A stretch of DNA of 64,000 bases from positions 45,466 through 109,465 of the forward strand of contig JBLIOE010000001.1 in assembly GCA_047639555.1 (NCBI GenBank), written 5' to 3'. The translations under genes were made by a program, and so were the position numbers. The notes below the pieces were generated by a model. It was not told the DNA's origin. It did not search any database and saw only the letters and a program-made list of their open reading frames with translations. This DNA is from Candidatus Aldehydirespiratoraceae bacterium. Lineage in GTDB: Bacteria; Actinomycetota; Acidimicrobiia; Acidimicrobiales; Aldehydirespiratoraceae. This document shows positions 46,895 to 55,622 of this stretch, piece after piece. The stretch's first letter is position 1; each line of letters starts with the position of its first letter.

Positions 46895-48196
46895 TCACTC
46901 CACCTCCGTGGCCGCAATGCGTTCATCGGTAGGACGAGGGCCCAACGTTTCGAGGAAAGCAATCACGTCATTGATCTGTCGTTCAGAAAGGTTGAGGTTG
47001 GGCATACCCCGGGGCAAGGCGCCGTCCGGCAGATCGTTGGCCAGGTTGGCCTTCACTGCGTCCGGGTCGCGGATCCAGGCCGCGAGATCGTCACGGTTGA
47101 GGGTGCCGTCTTCGTTGTTATAGAGATTGAAGATGCCACCGGCGAACGTGGTGTTGTTCGCCAGGTGCGTGAGATTCGGGGCCGAGCCGGCGAGCGTCGC
47201 GGCGCCGTCGTAGGCCTCACCGTTGACGAGATCGTTGAGACCGCCAACGAGGTGGCACGAAGCGCACTGGATGGTGAACAGGTCGAGGCCGCGGAGCACT
47301 TCATTCTCAACATCGTCGACACTGCCAACGCCGGTTTCGCGGTAGGCATCGACGTAACCCTGGAGGCTCTCGTCGAACGTGGCGTCGGACATCTGCATGT
47401 CGATCCAACCCTGGAAGTCGGCATCAGTCATGGCCACAGCCTGCATACGCATGCGGCTGTGAGACAGACCACAGAACTCCGAGCATTGACCGAAGTAAAC
47501 CCCGGGTTCGTTGGCTTCGATCTTCCACGGCGTGTAGCGACCCGGCACTGCATCTCGGGTGCCGTTGAGGGCTGGGATCTTGTGGGAGTGGATGACATCA
47601 CGGGAGGTGATGATCAGTTCGACCTCGGTGAGGGTCGGGATTGCGAACTGGCCGGAGGTGACGATGTCGGCCGGTGGAAGATCACGGGGGTCGCCAAGAT
47701 CGGCGGTCTTGATCTGTGAGCCGTCGAGGTAGTAACGATATTCCCACCACCATTGCTGGCCGACCACAACGATGGTCGGCTCCCATTCGACCGACTCGCC
47801 GGCAACATCGATGGTGATCGAGTTGTCGTCGGTGCCGTTGATATCGATGTGGGTGATGATCGTGAAGACACCGATCACCGCCATGATGAGCGCCGGAACG
47901 ATGGTCCAGGCGATCTCCAACGAGTTGTTGTGGGAGATCTGCTCGGGGAACTCATCGTCGTCTTCGTAGGAGGAAACGCCGTGCTTGAAGGCGAGGTAGA
48001 GCACCGCTCCACAGATGGCCACGAGGACCACACCGGCAAGAATGAAGACCGGATAGGCGAGGTTCCAGATGGTCTCGGCGACCTCGCTCTGTGGATCAAG
48101 GGTGTCGAGCTCAGCGTCGCTGGCGCAACCAGCGGTGAGCAACCCAAAGAGAAGAAGAAGTCCGACGCCCGGCAGGCGGCCGCGGATCTTGAACAT
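46895..48196 (-). CDS. ctaC: Cytochrome c oxidase subunit II fused to a cytochrome c domain (caa3 type)
   Basis: Lipobox LTAGC, DVIHS, CuA motif CSEFCGLSHSRM, heme c motif CASCH, distal GMP; start 48196 or 48235. Confidence 0.95.
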   Translation of the reverse strand: MFKIRGRLPGVGLLLLFGLLTAGCASDAELDTLDPQSEVAETIWNLAYPVFILAGVVLVAICGAVLYLAFKHGVSSYEDDDEFPEQISHNNSLEIAWTIVPALIMAVIGVFTIITHIDINGTDDNSITIDVAGESVEWEPTIVVVGQQWWWEYRYYLDGSQIKTADLGDPRDLPPADIVTSGQFAIPTLTEVELIITSRDVIHSHKIPALNGTRDAVPGRYTPWKIEANEPGVYFGQCSEFCGLSHSRMRMQAVAMTDADFQGWIDMQMSDATFDESLQGYVDAYRETGVGSVDDVENEVLRGLDLFTIQCASCHLVGGLNDLVNGEAYDGAATLAGSAPNLTHLANNTTFAGGIFNLYNNEDGTLNRDDLAAWIRDPDAVKANLANDLPDGALPRGMPNLNLSERQINDVIAFLETLGPRPTDERIAATEVE

Positions 48197-48197
48197 G

Positions 48198-49049
48198 TCA
48201 CTCACCGTCGTTGTCTCCGTCAGTGTGTTCGGCATCTATTTCGTCGCCGTCTTCGTCGTAGGACTCGTCGGCATCGCCGGCTTCGTCATCGCCCTCGGTC
48301 TCTTCATGTTCGTGGAATTCGCGCTCGCCATCGACTGCGGCCCAGACCCCACCACCAAGCACGGCGACAGCGACAACCACCGAAAGGCCGGCCACGACGT
48401 TCTTGCCGAGCTTGATCGACTCGTTGGCCGCAATAATTGCGATTCCGACGATGATCACCGCAACGACGCCGGCAACAACCACGGCACCGAGCTTCGAAAC
48501 GTTGAGCATGATGCGGGAGATCGCCAGCACCCCGACAGCAACAACAAGACCACCAGCGGCGGGAATCTCGATCGGCGCCATAATGCGATTACGGAGGGCA
48601 CGGTTGGCTTCGGGATCACCCGTGGCCCGATCGGCCCAGGCGTCCATCATCCAGGAGATGGAGACAAGACCCGCAGCCACAAGGCCAGCGATGAAGATCG
48701 CCGTATTGAGAACGAGGCCAACCGCCATGGTGGCAACGGCGAAGGCGCCGATGATCGGCCAATGGCTCGGCGTGACCGGCAAGGTGGGGGCGATGTCGTC
48801 GACCCCCATGTAGTCGGCCTGATCGGCGGGATCCGCGTCGCGGAAGGTGATCAGCGTGAGAGCGATGCCGATGGCGCTGACCCCAAGCCCAACGAGAACG
48901 CCATAGCCGACATGTTCGCCAACACCGCCCTTCCAGCCGAGGCTGAGCGGTCCGACGTGGTTTCCACCAGACGTGTAGCCATAGAGGACGCCGGCGGTCG
49001 CCAGAGCGACACCGATGCCAAAGAAGAATTTGAAGCCCGAGGTGAACAC
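48198..49049 (-). CDS. Membrane protein with CtaF-like (actinobacterial subunit 4) region and acidic tail
   Basis: About 7 TMs, TPSHWPII motif before a helix pair, in the oxidase operon; the family call is tentative. Confidence 0.6.
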   Translation of the reverse strand: MFTSGFKFFFGIGVALATAGVLYGYTSGGNHVGPLSLGWKGGVGEHVGYGVLVGLGVSAIGIALTLITFRDADPADQADYMGVDDIAPTLPVTPSHWPIIGAFAVATMAVGLVLNTAIFIAGLVAAGLVSISWMMDAWADRATGDPEANRALRNRIMAPIEIPAAGGLVVAVGVLAISRIMLNVSKLGAVVVAGVVAVIIVGIAIIAANESIKLGKNVVAGLSVVVAVAVLGGGVWAAVDGEREFHEHEETEGDDEAGDADESYDEDGDEIDAEHTDGDNDGE

Positions 49050-49056
49050 TTGATCC

Positions 49057-49647
49057 CTACTTCGTGACGTAGATGACGTACCAGGCGATCGCCCACATGG
49101 CGACGACTGTGTTCCAGTAGAACGCCGCCGCAGCGACGGAATCGGCCTTGCGAGGACCGAATTGCCCGACCAAAGCCCGCAGGAAGGTCAGAACAATGAA
49201 CACCGTCGCAGCGATAAGGAACGCTGCGAAGGCGCCGTTGACGACGAAGAACATGAACTCAGCGGTGGAACCGTCGAGCGCAAAGCCCGTGTCGTTGATA
49301 ATGAACCACATTTGGTTGAACACCGCGGCGCCGAACACCCCCGAGAGGGCTAGGGCGACGATTGTATTCTTGCGGTCGTCGTTGTTGATTGCCTGCACGG
49401 CCCACTGCACGGTGACAGTCGACAAGATCAGTGTGGCGAAGATGAAGCCGGAAGGGCCGAGCTCAACAACTCCCGACGGGAACCATTCGGTGCCGGCGGT
49501 GCGAGCGGTGCCACGTTCGCTGATGTAGACGATGATGACGCCCACGAAAGCCATGAACGAGGCGGCCGACGCAAACATCGTGCCGACAAGCACGGTGCGG
49601 GGTCGGGTGACCTCCGCGGATGGGAGGCCAGTAGTGGTCGCAGTCAT
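49057..49647 (-). CDS. Degenerate cytochrome c oxidase subunit III paralog
   Basis: Five TMs colinear with CtaE; TLILSTVTVQWA and AAFYWNTVVAMW..YVIY. Confidence 0.8.
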   Translation of the reverse strand: MTATTTGLPSAEVTRPRTVLVGTMFASAASFMAFVGVIIVYISERGTARTAGTEWFPSGVVELGPSGFIFATLILSTVTVQWAVQAINNDDRKNTIVALALSGVFGAAVFNQMWFIINDTGFALDGSTAEFMFFVVNGAFAAFLIAATVFIVLTFLRALVGQFGPRKADSVAAAAFYWNTVVAMWAIAWYVIYVTK

Positions 49648-51324
49648 TTAGGACTCCTCTCCCTCATCGGAGGGTGAATCTGAGGCATCGAGCAGCGGGG
49701 TTTCGGAGGTGACTCGGGCAGGCGCTTCGGTGAACGAACCACCGACGGTGGACCATTCGAGGGTCTGACCATCCCAGGGGTTGTCCGAACCAGGCTCGCC
49801 GGAGCGCATTGCCTTGGCGAGGGCGGCCACGAGGCCGAGGGCGCCGAGTCCGACCAGAAGAATTCCGATCAGCGACACGACGTTGAGCACATCGGCAGCA
49901 TCCTCAGTGACCACTCCGAGAGGGCTATTGGGGGTGTCGAGGAAGCCGTTGGCCACCTGCCCACCACCGAGTAGCAACGCACCACCGAGAAGGCTGAGCG
50001 TCACCATGCGACCCATCATCGAGGGAAGTGCGTGGCCACCGATCTTCGGGGCCCAGAACCAGAATCCGCCGATTGCGGACGCAATCGCACCAAGAAGCAC
50101 GAGGTTCATCACACCAGAGATGGCGATAGTGCCCATGACACCGGTCTGGGTGACGACGGCGCCCAATTCGAGCGGCTCGATCACTCGGGCAACGCCGGCG
50201 ACGACGCCAAGAGCAACGATCAGGACGCCACCGAGGGCGCCGAGCAGGTGCGCAGGCGGGAGTCCGGCGATGTTGCTGCGGCCCCGCAAGAGAGAATCAC
50301 CGATGCCACCGATGAAACCGAGCACCGGGATGATCGCCGCGATGCCGAAGACGATGAAGATGAACTTCTGGTCGTACTGGACGTTGGCCGCAAGGTCGAA
50401 CTGGAAGTAGGGCTGGCTCCAGGCGCCAAATGACACCAGACCGAAGAGACCGATCATCGCCATCGAGAGGCCGTGGCGGGAGGCCTTCACGCCCGCTGCC
50501 ACGGGGGCAACGGAACCCAGAATGCCGAGGGCCGGAATGGCGAAGGCGTAGACCTGCGGCTGTTCGACCAGCCAAGCAACCTGCGCCCAGATGGAGGTGT
50601 CGCCGTTGAGGCCACCGCCGAAGGTGCCAGGGCCGTTGTGAAGGTCGACGTAGGCGACGAGGAGGTTGGCCAACAGCACCGGAAGGGTGAGGAGCCAGAC
50701 CGCCGTAGCAACCAGCATCGACCAGGCAAACAATGGCGTGCGCATCAGGGTCATGCCCTTGACACGCAACGAAACGACGGTGGTGGCAATACAGACCGAG
50801 GCGAGCAGCAGGGAAATGATGACCATGCCCATACCCGTGAGGGTGAGGGCAATGGCGTCACGTTCGTCGCCGGTCGCCCGGTCAAATGCGCCCCAGCCGC
50901 CACCGGCGAACACCGAGGCGATCATGATTCCGGCGCCAAGGACGAAGCCCCAAACCGCGGCCAGAGCGGCACGAGGGAAGGCAATGTTGGTGGAGCCAAC
51001 CTGCATCGGCACGACCACGGTGGCCAGACCAATGAACAGCGGCATCGCAACAAGGAGAGCGAGGCCGATGCGGTACAGGGCCCACATCTGAAGGAAGGCG
51101 TTGTCGCCGCCGAAGATGTCGACCGTGTCGGCATCGAGGCGTTCGAACCCGATGAGCACGCCAACAACGACGGCACCAATCAGGAGAAATACGCCGGATT
51201 TCATCCACATGCGGCCAATGGCCTTGTGGTCCGTCGTGGTGAGCGCGTCGTAGAGCCCAGCCGCCGCGGGCGAGGGGGCCGCCGAGGCAGTATCAGTGGC
51301 CGGCGGTGTGTCGGTCATCGTCAT
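49648..51324 (-). CDS. Cofactor-ligand-less cytochrome c oxidase subunit I paralog
   Basis: TTDHKAIG, PMQVG..AFPR, PQVY and NPWDGQTLEW colinear with CtaD, but all six His ligands replaced; GGAGG RBS. Confidence 0.88.
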   Translation of the reverse strand: MTMTDTPPATDTASAAPSPAAAGLYDALTTTDHKAIGRMWMKSGVFLLIGAVVVGVLIGFERLDADTVDIFGGDNAFLQMWALYRIGLALLVAMPLFIGLATVVVPMQVGSTNIAFPRAALAAVWGFVLGAGIMIASVFAGGGWGAFDRATGDERDAIALTLTGMGMVIISLLLASVCIATTVVSLRVKGMTLMRTPLFAWSMLVATAVWLLTLPVLLANLLVAYVDLHNGPGTFGGGLNGDTSIWAQVAWLVEQPQVYAFAIPALGILGSVAPVAAGVKASRHGLSMAMIGLFGLVSFGAWSQPYFQFDLAANVQYDQKFIFIVFGIAAIIPVLGFIGGIGDSLLRGRSNIAGLPPAHLLGALGGVLIVALGVVAGVARVIEPLELGAVVTQTGVMGTIAISGVMNLVLLGAIASAIGGFWFWAPKIGGHALPSMMGRMVTLSLLGGALLLGGGQVANGFLDTPNSPLGVVTEDAADVLNVVSLIGILLVGLGALGLVAALAKAMRSGEPGSDNPWDGQTLEWSTVGGSFTEAPARVTSETPLLDASDSPSDEGEES

Positions 51325-51448
51325 GGTTGCAGGTGTCCTCCGACAGATGCGCCCGACAGCAGGGGCGCAAACTGTTGCTTCGTTCGTTGGCGCACTTCGA
51401 TCACCGCCGCGGCACGCGACGACACCCGAAGTGCAGTACCGAGACGGC

Positions 51449-51512
51449 AGCCTACAGGGCCGCGCGGCCCCGGTTGTAAACCGGGCGGCAGAGGAATTTT
51501 GGCGGATTTTTC
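51449..51512 (-). promoter_or_regulatory. Candidate promoter of the oxidase operon
   Basis: TAGGCT (-10-like, 51449-51454 on minus), TTTACA and A-tracts upstream; spacing is non-canonical. Confidence 0.35.
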
Positions 51513-51525
51513 ATCCGTCGGCCTC

Positions 51526-52422
51526 TCAGAACCCGTTCCGGATGATTTCGTCGGCCGCCATTGCCCCAAACAGCAGGGTCACATAGGTGATTGACCACCC
51601 AAAGAGACGCATGGCGCGGGCCGGTTCGGGGCGACGAAATACCTGCACCGCGAGGCCGGTAAACACCGCACCCAGCACAATTGCCGCCACGTAGTAGGTG
51701 ATGCCCATGCTGGCGACCGGGCCAAACACCAGCGTGAGCACCCACAAAACGACGGTGTACATCACGATTCGGGTGACCGTGGTCTTCAGCGAAGCAACGG
51801 CCGGCAGCATCGGCACATCGGCCGCTTGATAGTCGTCCTTGTAACGGATGGCCAAGGCCCAGAAGTGGGGCGGAGTCCAGACAAAGATGATGGCGAAGAG
51901 AATGACGGGCGGCCAGTCGAGCCCATTGGTGACTGCGGACCAGCCCACGAGGACGGGCACGGCGCCCGCGGCGCCACCGATGACGATGTTGCTGGAGGAC
52001 GTGCGCTTCAACCACATCGTGTAAACGAACACGTAGAACAGTGTGGCGGAAACGGCGAGCACGGCCGAGAGCAGGTTCACGAAACCCCACAGCCAGACGA
52101 ACGAGACGATCTCGACGACGAAGGCGAAAATTAGTGCTTCGCGAGGCGTGACTTCGCCGGTAACCAGTGGACGGCCTTTGGTGCGTTCCATGAGACGATC
52201 AATATCGCGATCGATGTACATGTTGAACGTGTTGGCACCGCCAGCCGCAAGCGTGCCGCCGACCACAGTGGCAACCATGAGCCAGAGGCCGGGAACGCCA
52301 CCTTCTGCGACCACCATCGTGGGCACAGTGAGGATCAGCAGCAGTTCAATAATGCGCGGCTTGGTCAGCGCGATGAAGGCGAGGGCGCGCGGACGCTGCT
52401 TTGGGGGTGCGGTGGCAGTCAC
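51526..52422 (-). CDS. ctaB: Heme o synthase (protoheme IX farnesyltransferase)
   Basis: LTKPRII, NMYIDRDIDRLMERTKGRPL, WTPPHFWALA. Confidence 0.97.
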   Translation of the reverse strand: MTATAPPKQRPRALAFIALTKPRIIELLLILTVPTMVVAEGGVPGLWLMVATVVGGTLAAGGANTFNMYIDRDIDRLMERTKGRPLVTGEVTPREALIFAFVVEIVSFVWLWGFVNLLSAVLAVSATLFYVFVYTMWLKRTSSSNIVIGGAAGAVPVLVGWSAVTNGLDWPPVILFAIIFVWTPPHFWALAIRYKDDYQAADVPMLPAVASLKTTVTRIVMYTVVLWVLTLVFGPVASMGITYYVAAIVLGAVFTGLAVQVFRRPEPARAMRLFGWSITYVTLLFGAMAADEIIRNGF

Positions 52423-52481
52423 GGATCCGAAGGATACGGCCGACAAGGCACGACCGCCCAATGGGGCCGTAGCCTTTCCAT

Positions 52482-53408
52482 GTGAGTCCGGCCCGATACC
52501 TCTCCCTCACCCGAGCAGCATTGTGGTCGTTGACCATCATCGTCATCACCGGGGCGGCCGTCCGCCTCACCGGCTCGGGTCTCGGCTGCAGCGATTGGCC
52601 GAACTGCGAGGAAGACCAGTTCGTTTCCGATCTGTCCTTTCACCCGGCGATCGAGTTCGGGAACCGGATGTTCACCGGTGTTGTCACCATTGCCGTGATC
52701 GCCGCGGTGCTCGGATCGCTTCGGCGAGTGCCGCGCCGCACAGACCTGGTGTGGCTGTCGTGGGGTCTCGTCGCCGGTGTGCTCGCCCAAATCATTCTTG
52801 GCGGCCTCCTTGTGCGGACCGAACTCGACCCACGGTTCACGATGGGACATTTCCTGCTCTCCATGGTGCTGTTGTGGAACGCGGCGGTGCTGATGCATCG
52901 GGCTGCGCAGCCCGAACAGGTCGCCGTCGCTTCGTGGGAATGGGATATGGACGCGGCCACGTCCCACGCTCGTCTGCTTCGACCCGCGGGGCGAATCGCT
53001 CTGCTTGCCGGCGGGGTCGTGTTGGTGCTCGGCACAATCGTGACAGGCAGCGGCCCACACTCGGGCAGCGACGAAGCCGAAGTCGCAGAGCGGCTGCCGT
53101 TCGCTCTCCGCGAAGTCACTCGGCTGCACAGCCTCGCGGGCCTGATCTTTCTGCTGGGCCTCGCCGGCATTCTTCTTTATGCCCGAAAGCACAACCGGGT
53201 GCGGGTCGTCGCCGCGGCACAGGTGGTGGTGTCGCTTATCGGCGCCCAGATCATCGTCGGTTACTGGCAGTACTTCACGGGGGTGCCGGTATTGCTCGTG
53301 GGTATCCACGTGGCCGTCGCAACGTTGACGTGGATCTCGTTGGTTCGCCTTGAGCTCGAAACGCGCCGGACATCGATGCCCGAATCCGTGCTGGCGAAAC
53401 TGCCATGA
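52482..53408 (+). CDS. ctaA: Heme A synthase (COX15/CtaA family)
   Basis: [30 protein letters not shown], conserved His in TM helices. Confidence 0.93.
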   Translation: MSPARYLSLTRAALWSLTIIVITGAAVRLTGSGLGCSDWPNCEEDQFVSDLSFHPAIEFGNRMFTGVVTIAVIAAVLGSLRRVPRRTDLVWLSWGLVAGVLAQIILGGLLVRTELDPRFTMGHFLLSMVLLWNAAVLMHRAAQPEQVAVASWEWDMDAATSHARLLRPAGRIALLAGGVVLVLGTIVTGSGPHSGSDEAEVAERLPFALREVTRLHSLAGLIFLLGLAGILLYARKHNRVRVVAAAQVVVSLIGAQIIVGYWQYFTGVPVLLVGIHVAVATLTWISLVRLELETRRTSMPESVLAKLP

Positions 53409-53692
53409 CCGCGCCGACAACCATCGAACGTCCAGAAGTTGTCGACGTGACCGATTTGTCGCGGCCGTGGAAAGTGCTTGTTTGGGACGACCCGATCAAC
53501 CTTCAGTCATATGTCGCCTTCGTCTTTCGCAGCCTGTTTGGGTTCTCTGAGGAGAAGGCGCACCGTCTGATGATGGAGGTGCACAACGACGGTCGTGCGG
53601 TCGTCACTTCGGGGCCGAAGGAGAAGGCGGAGATGGATGTGTTCCGTCTTCATGAGCACGGACTCTGGGCGACCATGGAGCACGACTCGTGA
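53405..53692 (+). CDS. clpS: ATP-dependent Clp protease adaptor ClpS
   Basis: [30 protein letters not shown]. Confidence 0.95.
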   Translation: MTAPTTIERPEVVDVTDLSRPWKVLVWDDPINLQSYVAFVFRSLFGFSEEKAHRLMMEVHNDGRAVVTSGPKEKAEMDVFRLHEHGLWATMEHDS

Positions 53693-53758
53693 GTGCGACC
53701 CGAGAAACCGAGCACGACTCGTGAGTGCGACCCGAGAAACCGAGCACGACTCGTGAGT
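53678..53758 (+). repeat. 32-bp tandem repeat (2.5 copies), MIRU-like
   Basis: GAGCACGACTCGTGAGTGCGACCCGAGAAACC at 53678 and 53710, plus a 17-bp partial copy at 53742. Confidence 0.95.
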
Positions 53759-54229
53759 CGCAACTGGCCGTTTGCGCGGGAGAACGACGCCGTCGTGGTG
53801 GCGCTGGGCGAGTACGAAGTGGAAGTCCTCGAGAACCTCATCGAAGACATGCGTCACCTTTTGATGGCCGACTCGCACGACACACTGCGGCGTCTGAAGC
53901 CACCGGCCCATCCTGACAACGAAGAGGCCGAGCAGAGTTACCGCAAGTTGGTCGACGACGACCTGTTGCGGAGTCGGCTCGAACTACTCGATGTGGTTGA
54001 GGAAACGATGACGGGCGCAGTCCTCGATGACGCGGGCGTCGCGGCGTGGATGCAGAGCCTCAACAACATGCGCTTGGTGCTCGGCGAACGACTCGCACTC
54101 GACGGGGCCGATCTCGATTCGCACGACCTTCCCGAGGGCCCCGCAACATTTCTTTATGAGTGGATTGGCGAGCTGCTGGAGTTCCTCGTTCGGGCCGCGA
54201 TGCCTGGCCTGGAAGCAAACGACGGCTGA
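53753..54229 (+). CDS. DUF2017 family protein
   Basis: [30 protein letters not shown]; usual partner of clpS in actinobacteria. Confidence 0.85.
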   Translation: MSRNWPFARENDAVVVALGEYEVEVLENLIEDMRHLLMADSHDTLRRLKPPAHPDNEEAEQSYRKLVDDDLLRSRLELLDVVEETMTGAVLDDAGVAAWMQSLNNMRLVLGERLALDGADLDSHDLPEGPATFLYEWIGELLEFLVRAAMPGLEANDG

Positions 54230-54368
54230 ACACCGTCCGGTTCGACCGCCGGATCGGACCCAAACTACATCGCTGTCACCAGATGTGGTATTGACGCCGC
54301 TCTACGTGGTGATCCACAATCTGTGGATAGTTACGGCGAATGTCGCCGGTTCAATTGGGGGGAGACCA

Positions 54369-55511
54369 ATGAACAAGTTCCACACCCGGCGTACCCGGGT
54401 ACGCGCATTTACTCTTGCGATCGCAAGTGTCTTCGGGCTCAGCTTTTTGCTGATCGGCTCCGCAAATGGCGCACCGACAAGCTCTGCGTCACCAACGACC
54501 AACGTCACGTCCGGCACCAGCATCGATGTCAACATTGATGGCAGCGGCGGCTACGACGGCGCTGGACTGCTCGTCGTCACCCAGTGCGGCAACGCCGCTA
54601 CTGATGGCACGCTCCTCGCCGCGACTACCGCGGCCGACTGCTTCGGCGCTGAGGGCCTCGCTGCCGGTCAGCTTTTGCTCCAGATCGGACCGGTTGACGG
54701 AACGGACTACAGCTTCACCTACCCGTGGGTCGACATCGGTATCGGCGTAAATGGCTCCCAGTGTGTCTTCGGCGGCACGATCGGCTGCGCGATCAGCGTG
54801 GCACTGATCGACAACCTCGTCGATCAGAACCTCCTCACGACGGAGCTCATTACTGTCACGCCGCTTGAGGACGACGACGACGGCGACGGCTTCGGCAACA
54901 CGAATGACAACTGCCCGGACGACGCCAACGCCGACCAGGCTGATCTTGACGGTGTCGGCGGCGGCGATGTCTGTGACCCAGACATCGACGGCGACGGCGT
55001 GGCCAACGAGGCCGACAACTGCGTGTTGGTCGAAAATCCCGACCAGGAAGAGACCGATGATCCGACTGACGGCATCGGCGACGCCTGCTCTGGCGATACC
55101 GACGAAGACGGCGTGCTTGACGCCCTCGACAACTGCGTCAACGACGCCAACGCCGACCAGGCCGACCTCGATGAGGACGGACTGGGCGACGAGTGCGACG
55201 CCGACATCGACGGTGACGGCACGGTCGAAGAAGACGACAACTGCCCCGGCGTAGCCAACGAGGACCAAGCGGACCTTGACGGCGACGGCATCGGTACGGC
55301 GTGTGACGACGAGGAAGTCGCTCCGACGACCACGGCTGCTCCGACAACCACTCCTCCCACCACCACGGTGGCCGCGACGGTTGCTGGTGCCCAGGAACTC
55401 GCCGTGACTGGCTCCGATGAGGCACCTGCCCTCCTCGCTGCTGGTGCGCTTGCGCTCCTTGGTCTCGGCCTCACCACGACGTCACGAGCCATCCGGCGTC
55501 GCGAAGACTGA
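54369..55511 (+). CDS. Secreted, probably cell-wall-anchored protein with thrombospondin type-3 repeats
   Basis: Signal peptide, 4-Cys beta domain, repeated DNC..NxDQxDxDxDGxGDxC, Thr/Pro linker, LAVTG plus TM plus RRR tail. Confidence 0.88.
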   Translation: MNKFHTRRTRVRAFTLAIASVFGLSFLLIGSANGAPTSSASPTTNVTSGTSIDVNIDGSGGYDGAGLLVVTQCGNAATDGTLLAATTAADCFGAEGLAAGQLLLQIGPVDGTDYSFTYPWVDIGIGVNGSQCVFGGTIGCAISVALIDNLVDQNLLTTELITVTPLEDDDDGDGFGNTNDNCPDDANADQADLDGVGGGDVCDPDIDGDGVANEADNCVLVENPDQEETDDPTDGIGDACSGDTDEDGVLDALDNCVNDANADQADLDEDGLGDECDADIDGDGTVEEDDNCPGVANEDQADLDGDGIGTACDDEEVAPTTTAAPTTTPPTTTVAATVAGAQELAVTGSDEAPALLAAGALALLGLGLTTTSRAIRRRED

Positions 55512-55538
55512 TTGTCTTCTTCAAAGAGTTAATGCCTG

Positions 55539-55568
55539 ATGGGCCGTCGGATTCCTCCGGCGGCCCAT
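55539..55568. terminator. Hairpin between convergent genes
   Basis: ATGGGCCGTCGGA-ttcc-TCCGGCGGCCCAT, 13-bp stem with one G-U pair. Confidence 0.65.
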
Positions 55569-55622
55569 TGGTCGTTTTCGGGCCTGGTCGTTTCAGGCCT
55601 AGTCGTCTTCGAGCCCGGTCGT

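Noticed and set aside
49648-51324. Reading this gene as a cbb3 oxidase, nitric oxide reductase or simple pseudogene
   Set aside because: Those enzymes keep the six His ligands; this ORF is uninterrupted, has an RBS and retains structural motifs.
53678-53758. CRISPR array
   Set aside because: The units are identical head to tail with no unique spacers, and no cas genes are present.
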